NCBI GenBank assembly: GCA_036563645.1
Contig: DATCMA010000056.1
Span: forward strand, 9,898 to 73,897
Source of the DNA: Micromonospora sp.
Lineage (GTDB): Bacteria; Actinomycetota; Actinomycetes; Mycobacteriales; Micromonosporaceae
DNA: 64,000 nt
Direction of reading: 5' to 3'
Shown piece after piece: positions 37,674-47,604 of the stretch. Positions within the stretch are counted from its first letter, which is position 1. Each line of letters opens with the position of its first letter. Under the pieces are notes generated by a model. It did not search any database, was not told where the DNA came from, and worked only from the letters and a program-made list of their open reading frames with translations. The position numbers and the translations under genes were made by a program.

Positions 37674-39703
37674 ATCGCCCCGCGCCGACCGGCCGGCGGT
37701 GGCCAGTCGCCGTCACCGGACTCGCCGTCGCCGCAGCCGCGTTGGCCGCCATGTTGTGGTACGGCGGGGCGGTCCGGCAGGAGGCGCTGCCGGGTCTGCC
37801 CTACCCCGGCACGGGCACCCTCTGGGCGCTGCCGGTGGCGCGGCTCGGGGTACACGTCTTCGCCATCGCCACCGTCGGCTTCCTGCTCGCCGCGGTCGTG
37901 CTCTCGCCACGGGACGGCGGCGGGCTGTCGGCGGTGGGATTCCGACGGCTGCGGGCGGCGAGCTGGACGGCCCTCGGGTGGTCGCTGTCCGCCGTGGCCA
38001 CCCTCTGCTACACGCTGTCTGACCTCGCCGGCGCGCCGGTGCCCGACGTGCTGTCGGTCGCCGCCCTGGTGAACTTCATCGAGCTGGTCAACGTCGGGAA
38101 GTCCTTCGCGCTGACCGCCGTCACGGCGCTCGCGGTCTTCGTGATCTGCCGGGTGAGCTTGCGTCCGCTCGGCGCCACCATCGCGTTGGCCGTCGCGGTC
38201 GCGGCCCTCGTCCCACCGATCTTCACGGGTCACGCGGCATCCGCCGGCGACCACCAGATCGCGGTCTCCGGGATGCTCCTCCACGCCATCCCGGTGACGC
38301 TGTGGGCGGGCGGACTGCTGGCGCTGCTGCTGACCAGCCGGGCGCAACCCGCGCACCTCGCCGTCGCCGTGCGCCGGTTCTCCCCGCTGGCGACGGTCTG
38401 CCTCGCGCTCGTCGCCGGCGCCGGTGTGGTCTCCGCGAGCGTGCGGTTGCCCACCCTCCACGACGTCCTGACCCACCCGTACGGGCACGTCACCCTCGTC
38501 AAGGTCGCGATCTTGCTCGCCATCGCGGCGGTCGGGCTGTGGCAGCGGCGCGCGGCGCTGCCGGCGCTGGAGCGCGGTGAGCGACGGGTCTTTCTCCGGG
38601 TGGCCTGGATAGAGGTGCTTCTCTTCGCCGCGGCGCTCGGCACGGCCGTCGCGCTGGCCCGCACCGCCGCCCCGGCCGGCAAGACCGAGAGCGACGACCT
38701 GGCCACGGCGATGCTCGGCTTCCCGATGCCGCCGCCGTTGACCGCCGCCACCCTGGTGTGGGGGTGGCTGCCCGATCCCCTGCTGCTCCTCGCGCCGATC
38801 GCAGCGGCCGGGTGTTATCTGGCGGGGGTACGGCGTCTGGCGCGCCGAGGCATCGCGTGGCCGGTGGCGCGCACGGCCTGTTTCCTCGTCGGCTGTCTGG
38901 TGACCCTGGTGGCCACGGTCAGCGGCATGGCGCGATACGGCCCGGTGCTGTTCTCCGTTCACATGACGCAGCACCTGCTGCTCGCCATGATCGCGCCGAT
39001 CTTCCTCGTCCTGGCCTCCCCGGTCACGCTCGCCCTGCGGGTGCTGCGGAAGTCCGCCGACCCGGCCTGGCCCGGCCCGCGGGAGTGGCTGCTGGCGCTC
39101 CTCCACTCCCGCTACGCCAAGCTCATCACGCATCCCGTGGTGGCGTTGGCCCTCTACGGCCTGAGCATGTACGCGGTCTACTTCACCCGCTTCTTTGAGA
39201 TCGCGCTACGCTCGCACGCCGCCCACCTTTTCATGACCGTGCATTTCCTCGCGGCTGGCTATCTGTTCTTCTGGCTCGTCCTGGGCAGTGATCCCGGGCC
39301 GCGCCCGACGCTGTCGCCGCCGTTGCGGATTCTCCTGCTGCTCATCAGCATGGCGCTCCACGCCTTCCTCGGCGTGGCGATCATGCAATCGCACACCCTG
39401 CTCGCCCCCGACTGGTTCACCACGCTGCCCCGCGACTGGGGCCCCAGCCCATTAGAGGACCAGCGAATTGCGGGCGGAATCGCGTGGTCGTTCGGCGAAA
39501 TCCCCTCCATATTCATCATGATCATGCTGGTTCGGGAATGGATCGCTGCCGACAAGCGCGAGCAGCAGCGACTCGACCGCGCCGCGGAACGCGCCGAAAC
39601 CGAGGGAATCGAAGACGCCCACGCGGCGTACAACCGGATGTTGGCGCAGCTCGCGGAGCAGGAACGGCGGCTTCGGGACAATCCCCCCACGCCCCGCTCG
39701 TGA
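37670..39703 (+). CDS. copD: CopD / cytochrome c oxidase assembly factor CtaG (Caa3_CtaG) fusion membrane protein
   Basis: ATGA overlap with copC. About 16 TM segments. C-half ..FSVHMTQHLLLAMIAPIFLVL..HAFLGVAIM.. typical of the CtaG-like domain. Confidence 0.9.
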   Translation: MNRPAPTGRRWPVAVTGLAVAAAALAAMLWYGGAVRQEALPGLPYPGTGTLWALPVARLGVHVFAIATVGFLLAAVVLSPRDGGGLSAVGFRRLRAASWTALGWSLSAVATLCYTLSDLAGAPVPDVLSVAALVNFIELVNVGKSFALTAVTALAVFVICRVSLRPLGATIALAVAVAALVPPIFTGHAASAGDHQIAVSGMLLHAIPVTLWAGGLLALLLTSRAQPAHLAVAVRRFSPLATVCLALVAGAGVVSASVRLPTLHDVLTHPYGHVTLVKVAILLAIAAVGLWQRRAALPALERGERRVFLRVAWIEVLLFAAALGTAVALARTAAPAGKTESDDLATAMLGFPMPPPLTAATLVWGWLPDPLLLLAPIAAAGCYLAGVRRLARRGIAWPVARTACFLVGCLVTLVATVSGMARYGPVLFSVHMTQHLLLAMIAPIFLVLASPVTLALRVLRKSADPAWPGPREWLLALLHSRYAKLITHPVVALALYGLSMYAVYFTRFFEIALRSHAAHLFMTVHFLAAGYLFFWLVLGSDPGPRPTLSPPLRILLLLISMALHAFLGVAIMQSHTLLAPDWFTTLPRDWGPSPLEDQRIAGGIAWSFGEIPSIFIMIMLVREWIAADKREQQRLDRAAERAETEGIEDAHAAYNRMLAQLAEQERRLRDNPPTPRS

Positions 39704-39856
39704 CGGACGCTGGCTCCCACCCCGGTGGCGCGTGACGTCGACGCGCACTACGACGAAGGTCGTATTTATGGGAGTTCATTAGTCGTAATGACAGCCAAAT
39801 CCGCGGGTACTCCTCCCTATCCTCAGTGCGGTGGCCATCGATAGGGAGGACAGCCG

Positions 39857-40810
39857 ATGAAATACCTTCCGTTGAACGACGGGTCAGGCACCCGAGTAAG
39901 CAGCATCTGCCTCGGGGCTATGCCATTCGGCACCACCGTCGACGAAAAGACGTCCTTCGCGATCCTGGACCGCTTTGTCGACGCCGGCGGCACCACCATC
40001 GACACCGCGAACTGCTATTCGTTCTGGGTGCCCGGCGGCAAGGGCGGAGAGAGTGAGACGGTGCTCGGCCGGTGGCTGGCGAGCCGTGGGGGCCGCGACC
40101 GACTGGTGCTCGCCTCCAAGGTCGGCTCAGGGCTCGACGCGAACGGCCGCCCGGAAGGGCTGTCCGCGCCGGTCATCCGGGAGCAGTTGGCGGGCTCGCT
40201 GCGCCGGTTGGGCACCGACTACCTCGACATCTACTACGCCCACCGAGAGGACCGCACCACCCCTGACGAGGAGACGCTCGCAGCCTTCCACGAGGCGGTG
40301 CAGGCCGGCACCGTGCGGTCGCTCGGCGCCAGCAACCACGCTTCGTGGCGGCTCGCGGAGACGCGCGCGCTTGCGGCGGCCAAGGGGTGGACGCCGTACA
40401 GCGTGGTCCAACAGCGCTACTCGTACCTGCTGCCTCGCCCCGCCACCACGCTGCCCGAAGGCGGGCACGTCCACGCCACGGACGAGCTGCTCGACTACGT
40501 CCGCACCCACAAGCTGACGCTCTTCGCCTACAGCACCCTGCTGTGGGGCACCTACTCCCGGCCGGACAAGCCGCTGCCTGAGCACTACGACCACCCCGGC
40601 ACCCACCGGCGGCTGCGGATCCTGGAGGAGGTCGCCAAGGAGCTCGGTGCGACCGTCATCCAGGTGGTGTTGGCCTGGCTGATCGGCGGGGACCCGCCGA
40701 TCGTGCCGATCGTCGGGGTGAGCTCGGTCGCCCAGCTCGACGAGGTGCTCGGCGCGGTCGACCTGGAGCTGCCGAGCGACCTGCGCAAGCGGCTCGACGA
40801 GACGGCCTGA
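39857..40810 (+). CDS. aldo/keto reductase
   Basis: ..SSICLGAMPFG..DAGGTTIDTANCY..LDIYYAHRED..LGASNH.. GGGAGGA before the ATG. Confidence 0.9.
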   Translation: MKYLPLNDGSGTRVSSICLGAMPFGTTVDEKTSFAILDRFVDAGGTTIDTANCYSFWVPGGKGGESETVLGRWLASRGGRDRLVLASKVGSGLDANGRPEGLSAPVIREQLAGSLRRLGTDYLDIYYAHREDRTTPDEETLAAFHEAVQAGTVRSLGASNHASWRLAETRALAAAKGWTPYSVVQQRYSYLLPRPATTLPEGGHVHATDELLDYVRTHKLTLFAYSTLLWGTYSRPDKPLPEHYDHPGTHRRLRILEEVAKELGATVIQVVLAWLIGGDPPIVPIVGVSSVAQLDEVLGAVDLELPSDLRKRLDETA

Positions 40811-40838
40811 CCTCCCACGCAGCGGCGACGCGAACGAC

Positions 40839-40869
40839 AGCGCGGCGGCATCCCCGATGCCGCCGCGCT
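40839..40869. terminator. bidirectional hairpin between convergent AKR and EEP genes
   Basis: agcgcggcggcatc-ccc-gatgccgccgcgct, a 14-bp perfect stem. Confidence 0.5.
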
Positions 40870-40910
40870 TCGTTGTCTCGCGCGCCGCGTCGACGCCCCG
40901 CGCGCTCCCG

Positions 40911-42053
40911 CTACGTCCGGTGTCCCGTGTCGGTGTCGGCCTGCGCCGACACCGACACGGCCACCACTTGCCCCCAGTGGTCCGAGAGCCCGTGGCTGGG
41001 GACCATGCGGTACTCGTGAACCCGCACGGGACCAGCGGTGAACGACCAATCCAGTCTCCACAGTGGATGGCTAGCCGGCCAGGAGGCGAGGTAGAGCTTC
41101 CCACTGGCGGGCAAGGCGTCTCGGAGGCGTGCGCCGAACTCGCGCAGCTCCCCCATCGCCGCGGTGGCGTTGAAATCGCCGGAGACCACCGTCGGTGCGG
41201 GGTTGCGAGCCAAGTCGGCGCGCAACGCGCGGTACAGGGCTTGTCGACGGTCCTCCTGAGATCGCATGAACTGGTAGAAGTCGGCCCGCCGCGGATCCAT
41301 CGTGATGTCCAGCTGCACCGGAACGTGCACGTTGTACACCGACAGCACCTGCCCACCGAGGTCGAGATCGGTCCGCAGGGCCTTGTAGCGGTAGTAGTCG
41401 GGGAAGTCGGTATCCGCGGGCGGACCGCCGACCGCCGGATCGGACAGGTAGGGCAGGTTGTCCACCGGGAGGCTGCGCACGACGGGGAACCGGGACATGG
41501 TGAGCAGCTCGCCGATGGCGACGACGTGGAAGTCGGGGAAGCGGCGGCGCAGCTCCTCCCGGTGGTCGACCGGTACCGGCCGGTGCCGGGCGAGGTCCCA
41601 CCCGACGTGCTCTTGCAGCAGGTAGACGTCCGCCCGCTGCTCGGCGAGGAACCGGTAGAAGCGCTCCAGATCGTCGCCGTCCGCCCAGTACTCGGTGTTC
41701 CAGGAGAAGATCCGGATGGCCCCGGGTGGGGCGGCGGTGGCCGCCCCACCCGACAGTGCCGCGAGGTTCAACCCCGACAGGTGGGCCCCGACCACCGCGC
41801 AGCCGAGCGCCGCGGCGGCGACACGGCCGCGCACCGGCCGGGCGAGCGGGGCGAGCGCCGCGAGGAGCGCCGGCACCGCCAGGAACACCAGCGGCGGTAC
41901 CAACTCCATCGGGCGCCACCACCAGTAGCGGCCGGTCAGCAGGAGGAACAGCGCCAGGGACACCGTCCACCCGGCGGCGAGGCCGACGAGGATCCGGGTA
42001 CGCACCGGCCAGCGCGCCCGACGTTCCCTAGTGGAGTGTGCCGTACCGCTCAT
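40911..42053 (-). CDS. membrane-anchored endonuclease/exonuclease/phosphatase (EEP) family protein
   Basis: N-terminal TM segments, then ..IRIFSWNTEYW..VYLLQEH.. ..GDFNAT.. ..LSDHWG.. ATGA overlap with the GT2 stop. Confidence 0.8.
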   Translation of the reverse strand: MSGTAHSTRERRARWPVRTRILVGLAAGWTVSLALFLLLTGRYWWWRPMELVPPLVFLAVPALLAALAPLARPVRGRVAAAALGCAVVGAHLSGLNLAALSGGAATAAPPGAIRIFSWNTEYWADGDDLERFYRFLAEQRADVYLLQEHVGWDLARHRPVPVDHREELRRRFPDFHVVAIGELLTMSRFPVVRSLPVDNLPYLSDPAVGGPPADTDFPDYYRYKALRTDLDLGGQVLSVYNVHVPVQLDITMDPRRADFYQFMRSQEDRRQALYRALRADLARNPAPTVVSGDFNATAAMGELREFGARLRDALPASGKLYLASWPASHPLWRLDWSFTAGPVRVHEYRMVPSHGLSDHWGQVVAVSVSAQADTDTGHRT

Positions 42054-43090
42054 GCCGCCACCCGCTCCACGGTTCGGCCGGCCAGCACCGGCCCCTCATA
42101 CGGCTCGTACAGCCGGCGGAAGCTCGGCGAGACCAGCCACTGCAGGGCACCCACCGCGGCACCGGCGGCGATCGCCACATTGGTGAGGAAGGCGAAGCCG
42201 GTGAACAGCGCCAGGAAGGCCGGTCCCTTCTTCCGCAGGACGTACCGGTACATCGCGGGATCACCGGTCAACGACAGCCCGAACAGCGCCACGGGCAGCG
42301 CGATCCAGGCCGGGTGCAGTGCGACCAGGGGTGTTGTGAGGAGGGCCGCGAGCGCCGCGGCCGCCGCCGACGAGCGGGTGCCGGTCTCAAACCCCTTGGC
42401 GAAGCGGCGTCGCTGAGCGAACAGCGGTACGCGCAGCCGAGCCCGCCGGAACAGCTTGCGCAGCAAGGGACCGAGTCGGTCGTCGTCATCGTGTCGCCCC
42501 CGCACCGCCGCGGTGACCATGATCGGGTAGCGGGCGGACATCCGCTCGCCGTAGTCCACCTCCTCGGTCTGCCTCAGCCTCGGGTTGAACGGCCCGACCG
42601 TGTCGAAGACGTGCCGGGGAATGGCGGTCAACGAGGAGAACAAGAAGCTGACCTCGCCGAGGGAGTCCATCCGCCAGCAGTACGCCTGAAGCACCCGGCA
42701 CTCCTCCACGACGCTGTCGCGGTAGAGCGGCTCATCCTCGTAGATGCCACACACCGCCCCGTACTCCGGGTGAGCGCGGAGCTGCTCGACCGCCTTCTCC
42801 ACCGCGTCCGGGTTGAGCGCCACGTCGGAGTCGACGAAGAACAAGATCTCCCCGCGGGCGGCCGCGGCGCCGATGTTGCGCGCCACCGCCACACCACTGT
42901 TCCGCGGTGTCTGCAGCACGCGCACATTGCGCTGTCGCGCGATCTCCACGGAGTTGTCGGTGCTGTGGTCGTCGACGACGATGACCTCCAGCGGCTGGTA
43001 GGTCTGCGCGAGCGCGGCGTCGATGCACGCCCCGAGGGACGCGCCGTAGTTGTAGTTGGGGATGATCACTGAGACGAGCGGGTTGGTCAT
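42050..43090 (-). CDS. glycosyltransferase family 2 with C-terminal TM region
   Basis: VSVIIPNYNYGASLGACIDAALAQTYQPLEVIVVDDHSTDNS..FFVDSDV.. (DxD). RBS GGAAAGGA. Confidence 0.9.
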   Translation of the reverse strand: MTNPLVSVIIPNYNYGASLGACIDAALAQTYQPLEVIVVDDHSTDNSVEIARQRNVRVLQTPRNSGVAVARNIGAAAARGEILFFVDSDVALNPDAVEKAVEQLRAHPEYGAVCGIYEDEPLYRDSVVEECRVLQAYCWRMDSLGEVSFLFSSLTAIPRHVFDTVGPFNPRLRQTEEVDYGERMSARYPIMVTAAVRGRHDDDDRLGPLLRKLFRRARLRVPLFAQRRRFAKGFETGTRSSAAAAALAALLTTPLVALHPAWIALPVALFGLSLTGDPAMYRYVLRKKGPAFLALFTGFAFLTNVAIAAGAAVGALQWLVSPSFRRLYEPYEGPVLAGRTVERVAA

Positions 43091-43123
43091 GGCGAAGTCC
43101 TTTCCACGGGGAACGCGAGCGCG

Positions 43124-44080
43124 TTAGCTGAGGATCAGCGGGAGCTGGGTGGCCGCGAGCGTGCCGGCCAGCAAGGCGCCCCACAGCAGGGAGTTGACCC
43201 GCAGCGCGGGGTCGTGCAGCAGCAGGCGCGTGGGGTCGCCGCCGTCCCCGTCGACGAGCAGCACCTGGAGGTAGCGGGCGAGCGCGAAGAGCGCGAAGGG
43301 CGCGGAGCCGAGCAGCGCCAGGGTCAGGTATGGGCCGTCGAGCCGCTGCTGGAGGTGGAGGAAGAAGGACACCACGGCGAGCACCGCGCACAGCACGGCC
43401 AGGTGGTCGAGGTACTGGGTGGAGTAGCCGCGCAGCGAGGGGCGGTGCGCGGCACCCCCGACGGTCACCTCGTGCCGCCGCTTGCCGAGCAGGAACAGCA
43501 GGCACACCGCCAACACGGCGATCAGCAACCACGGGCCGACCGGAGCGTCGACCACGAGGTAGCCCTGCACCACCCGGAGCACGAAGCCGAAGGCGACGAC
43601 GAACACGTCCACCAGGGGCAGGTGCTTGAGCCGGCGGCTGTAGACGAGGTTCAGCGCGAGGTAGACGGCGACCGGCCAGCACACCGCCGCCGGCACCGGG
43701 CCGAGGACCGCGGCCGCCACCAGCAGGGTGACCAGCAGCGCGGCGATGGCGGACGCCACCGGCACGCTGATGCGTCCCGCGGCGATCGGGCGGTGTCGTT
43801 TGGTGGGATGATTCCGGTCGCGGTGCCGGTCGGCGATGTCGTTGCAGACATAGACCACAGTCGAGGCAAGGGTGAAGAGCAGCACCGCCCACGCCAGTCG
43901 CACCGCGAGCCCCGGCGCGATGACCGAGACGTCGAGGAGCGCGAGCGGAACGACGAGCAGGTTCTTCACCCACTGGTGCGGTCGGATCAAGGCGATGACG
44001 TCCCGCCACACGCGGCGGGGCCGCGCCGGCGCGAGCGGCGGCGCGCTCGCCGCGACGCGGGTTTCCGCAGTGATAGTCAC
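43124..44080 (-). CDS. UbiA-family prenyl-phosphate phosphoribosyltransferase (decaprenyl-phosphate 5-phosphoribosyltransferase-like)
   Basis: ..IRPHQWVKNLLVVPLAL.. and ..YVCNDIADRHRDRNHPTKRHRPIAAGRIS.. (NDxxDxxxD plus KRxRP). GTG 44080 follows GGAGG at 6 nt. The track start 44137 is TTG. Confidence 0.85.
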   Translation of the reverse strand: MTITAETRVAASAPPLAPARPRRVWRDVIALIRPHQWVKNLLVVPLALLDVSVIAPGLAVRLAWAVLLFTLASTVVYVCNDIADRHRDRNHPTKRHRPIAAGRISVPVASAIAALLVTLLVAAAVLGPVPAAVCWPVAVYLALNLVYSRRLKHLPLVDVFVVAFGFVLRVVQGYLVVDAPVGPWLLIAVLAVCLLFLLGKRRHEVTVGGAAHRPSLRGYSTQYLDHLAVLCAVLAVVSFFLHLQQRLDGPYLTLALLGSAPFALFALARYLQVLLVDGDGGDPTRLLLHDPALRVNSLLWGALLAGTLAATQLPLILS

Positions 44081-44133
44081 GAGATACCTCCGGAAGGATG
44101 GGGTGCCGCACCGCGCACGCGGTGCGGCACCGG

Positions 44134-45171
44134 TCAAAACACGGCCTTGGCGAGGGCGAGCACGCCCTGTTTCCAGGGCTCACGGCTGGTCCGCCCCGTC
44201 GACGCGGCACTGGTCACCCGGTGGTGCCGCCACCACTCGTAGGTGCGCAGGATGGCGTCCCGGTTGGTGTAGCGCGGGGTCCACCCCAAGACGTCGCGTG
44301 CCTTGTCGGTGCTGACGTAGGAGTCAGCGAGCAGCTTGTGCAGCAGCCGTCCGTACACAGGGGACAGACGCAGCCGGCGGAGCAGGTCGAGGATGGCGAC
44401 CGCGGGCCGCGCGGGGATGGAGACGACGCGTTTGCCGTGCCCGGCCGCGTCGAGCACCGCTTGGAAGTCCTCGCGGAGGGTGCCGAACTCGGCGGCGGCG
44501 ATGTTGAACGTGTCGTTGGCCCGCTCGGCGGGAGCAGTGAGTACGACCTGCACCGCCGCGACCAGGTCCTCCACCGCGAGCCACTGGATACGGACGTCAC
44601 CGCGGCCGAGCACGGGGAAGTTGCGCCCTTCCTCCGCCCATTCGAAGAGCATCGCGAACAAGCCCATGCGCCCTGGGCCGAGGAACGTCTTCGGTCGCAG
44701 GATCGGCACGCACATCCCTCGGCCGCGGAATTCCTCCGCGATCTCCTCGGCGCTGGCCTTCGCGCGGCTGTACGGATCCACCGGCCGACGCGGGTAGTCC
44801 TCGGTGGTGGGCACCACGTCGGGCAGCCCGTACACGGCGGTGGAGGAGATGTGCACCAGCCGCGGTACGCCGCAGCGCGCGGCCGCCTGGAACACCGTGC
44901 GGGTGCCCCCGACGATGATCGACCGGATCTCGTCCTCGGGATAGCTCGGCAGGGCGGCCGCGGTGTGCACCACCGCGGCGCAGCCGGCGAGGGCGGATTG
45001 GACACGTCGCTCGTCGCGGACGTCGGTGCTGATGTACTCCACCCCGGCGATCGGCTCCTCCGGCGGGCGGATATCGAGGCTGCGCACCTGCCACCCGTCG
45101 GCGGCCAACGCGCGCACCAGGTTCCCGCCGAGCATGCCGCTGCCGCCGGTGACGGCTACCGTCCTCACCAC
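44134..45171 (-). CDS. NAD-dependent epimerase/dehydratase (extended SDR)
   Basis: VAVTGGSGMLGGNLV (GxxGxxG), catalytic YSRAK. GTG start overlaps the aminotransferase stop. Confidence 0.9.
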   Translation of the reverse strand: MVRTVAVTGGSGMLGGNLVRALAADGWQVRSLDIRPPEEPIAGVEYISTDVRDERRVQSALAGCAAVVHTAAALPSYPEDEIRSIIVGGTRTVFQAAARCGVPRLVHISSTAVYGLPDVVPTTEDYPRRPVDPYSRAKASAEEIAEEFRGRGMCVPILRPKTFLGPGRMGLFAMLFEWAEEGRNFPVLGRGDVRIQWLAVEDLVAAVQVVLTAPAERANDTFNIAAAEFGTLREDFQAVLDAAGHGKRVVSIPARPAVAILDLLRRLRLSPVYGRLLHKLLADSYVSTDKARDVLGWTPRYTNRDAILRTYEWWRHHRVTSAASTGRTSREPWKQGVLALAKAVF

Positions 45172-46593
45172 AGCGAGCTCACCTTCTCCCGCACGAACCG
45201 CGTCACCAGCCGCGGCAGGCCCTGGGCGAGGGTGGCGTCCAGCGCGTCGAGGAAACGCTCGACCTCGGGTGGGCCGGCCACCAGCGGCGGACCCACCACC
45301 AGCGGGTTCTTGCCGTTGAGCGTGTAGTAGGTGTAGATGTCGTGGTCGCGGTAGAGGGCGTTGACCACCGCGCAGGTCACCAGCTTGATGCCGAAGTTCG
45401 GGTCACGGGTGAGCCCGGCGGGGACGAGCTTGGCGAGCAGGTCCAGCACGGGTGAGCTGGTGAGGAAGACACCCCAGAGGGCGCCCGCGCCGCGCACGTC
45501 GGTGACGAGGTCGGAGTGCTCCTTGGCGATCCGGGCGAGCCCGGGGGCGAGCACCCGCTCGATATCCCGCGCCCGGGCCGGGAAGTCCTCCTCGATCGCC
45601 ACGTTGATCGCCTCGATGGCGGTCGCGGTCTCCTCGCCGAAGCCGTAGTAGGTGGTGCTGGTGCTCTGGAGAAGCGCGTCGGTGAGGTTGTCGTAGGCCT
45701 TCGTGAAGATCGGCCGACGGGCGATGTACGCCGAGATGGAGCTCTTGCCACCACCGAACGACTTGGAGGTGGTGAGCACGTCGGGGACGAGCCCGGGATA
45801 GCGCATGAAATAGAAGAGGGTGCCGGTCTTCCCCCACCCGGTGTAGATCTCGTCGAAGATGAGGACGATGTCCTCTTTGGTGCACAGCTCCCGTAGACCG
45901 CGGAGGAACTCCTCGGAGCACCAGCGCATGGTGGACGCGCTGAACGGCTCCACCAAAATGGCGTAGACGTCGCAGCGGCCCTTCCGATCCCGCGCCGCCT
46001 CCACCTTGGCGCGCAGGTCATCGAGGTCGTCATACCGGTAGCGGACCACGCCCGGGATGCCGGGGAACTTGAACTGGTGCTGCGCGCTCGCGGTCAGGCT
46101 GCCGGAGCCGAGGAGCTTGCCGTGGAAGCTGATGTCGCTGTGCAGAATCGTGTTGCGCCGGCCGCCGTGGTACTTGTACGCCAGCTTGACCGCGCCCTCG
46201 ACCGCTTCGGAGCCGGAGTTGGGGAAGAACGACATGTCGAGGTCGCCGGGGAGCACCGCGGCGAGGTTGTGGGAGAGCGCCGCGAGGTACGGCGAGAAGT
46301 AGGGTCTTGTGCACCTCCATCCGGCGCCGTTCGGCGAATCGACGCCGGGCGGCCAAGATCCGCGGGTGGTTGTGCCCGTGGTTGAGGACGCCGACGCCAC
46401 CGGTGAAGTCGAGGATCTTCCGTCCGTCCTTGGTGTAGATGTAGGCGCCTTCGGCGTGGTCGACGAGGTCGTGACCGAAGCCGAAAGAGGTCATGAGGTT
46501 GACCTGGCTCTTGTTGATGTACTTCCGGTACAGGTCGTGCACCTGCTCGACGGTGAGCTGCTCGGCTTCCTCGAGGGTGATGAGCGAGGACAT
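45165..46593 (-). pseudogene. class-III (PLP) aminotransferase, interrupted by an apparent +1 nt indel near 46302-46305
   Basis: N-part from ATG 46593 (GGGAGG RBS): MSSLITLEE..GGVGVLNHGHNHPRILAARRRFAERRRMEVHKT. Then another frame: YFSPYLAALSHNLAAVLPGDLDMSFFPNSGSEAVEGAVKLA..FDEIYTGWGKTG..TSKSFGGG.. Dropping one G of GGG 46302-46304 joins ..HKT-YFSPY.. Confidence 0.8.
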
Positions 46594-46654
46594 TGAGGTA
46601 CCTCCCTGACTGTCTGCTGTGGATTTCCGATTCGGACGTACGGTTGGGGGCGCG

Positions 46655-47604
46655 TCACGCGGCCACGGCCGCTTCGCGCGGTCGCCGCAGGGGCGAGAAG
46701 CGGTTTGCGGTGAGGAGCAGGACGCCCACTGACCAGAGCACCTCAGCGAGCGTGCTGACAATCCGGCTGGCGATGGCGGTGGCACCGCCGCTGGCCACGG
46801 CAGCACCACGGTGAGGGCCGCGAGGAGCACCAGCTCCCGTACGCCGGCCCCATCCGGCACGACGATCGCCAGCGTGCCGGCGGCGGCCGCCAAGGCGTAG
46901 CCCCCGACCGCAGCCGGCCCCGCGGCCAGGGGATCCGCGCCGAGGAGCACCGCGATGACCCACACGTGCGCGCCGGAGAGCACCCAGGACACCGTCTGCA
47001 GGACGATCGACCGGCGCAGCGCGGCCGGATCGGCCAGGGGTTCGGGGTCTGGGCGGCGAGTCAACCGCGCCGCGGCCCGGGCGAGTCGGTTGACCAGGTG
47101 GGGCCGCGCCACCAGGAGCGCCACGACGAGGAGCGACGGCGCGACCCATATCGGGGTCGGTCCCGGCAGGACCGGCGCCACCAGCAGGCCGACCGCGCCG
47201 GCGGTGACGAAGACGACCACGAGGTTGAGCACGTAGGTCCCGAGCATCCGCGCGCGCGGCACGCCCAGCCGCTGCCCCATCGCGATCTGGGCCACCAACC
47301 CCCACAGGCGCCCGGGGACGAACTTGCCGAGGAACCCGACGACGAACATCCGCGCCCCCGCGCGCCGGGGAACCGGTGACCCGAGGGCGGCCAGGGTGAA
47401 GGTCCACGACCGCATGCCACAGCGCAGACCGATCGCGGTGACGCCTACGGCGACGAGCAGGGCCGGCAGCGTGCTGAGGCGGAGCATGCGGGCCAGTGCG
47501 TGCCAGTCCTGGTCGCCCATCGCCGCGGCGATCCCCGCGATCACCGCGACGCCGAAGACGGTGGCCGCGACGCGGACCGCCCACCCCCGCCACTGTGGAC
47601 TCAT
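46655..47604 (-). pseudogene. flippase-like / LPG-synthase-TM-type membrane protein, apparent -1 nt indel near 46798-46803
   Basis: N-part MSPQWRGW..PDGAGVRELVLLAALTVVLP in one frame. Family-like C-terminus VASGGATAIASRIVSTLAEVLWSVGVLLLTANRF..* in another, with stop at 46655. The span is not divisible by 3. The C-end parallels paralog 13582..14547. ATGA overlap with the GT2 stop. Confidence 0.75.
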
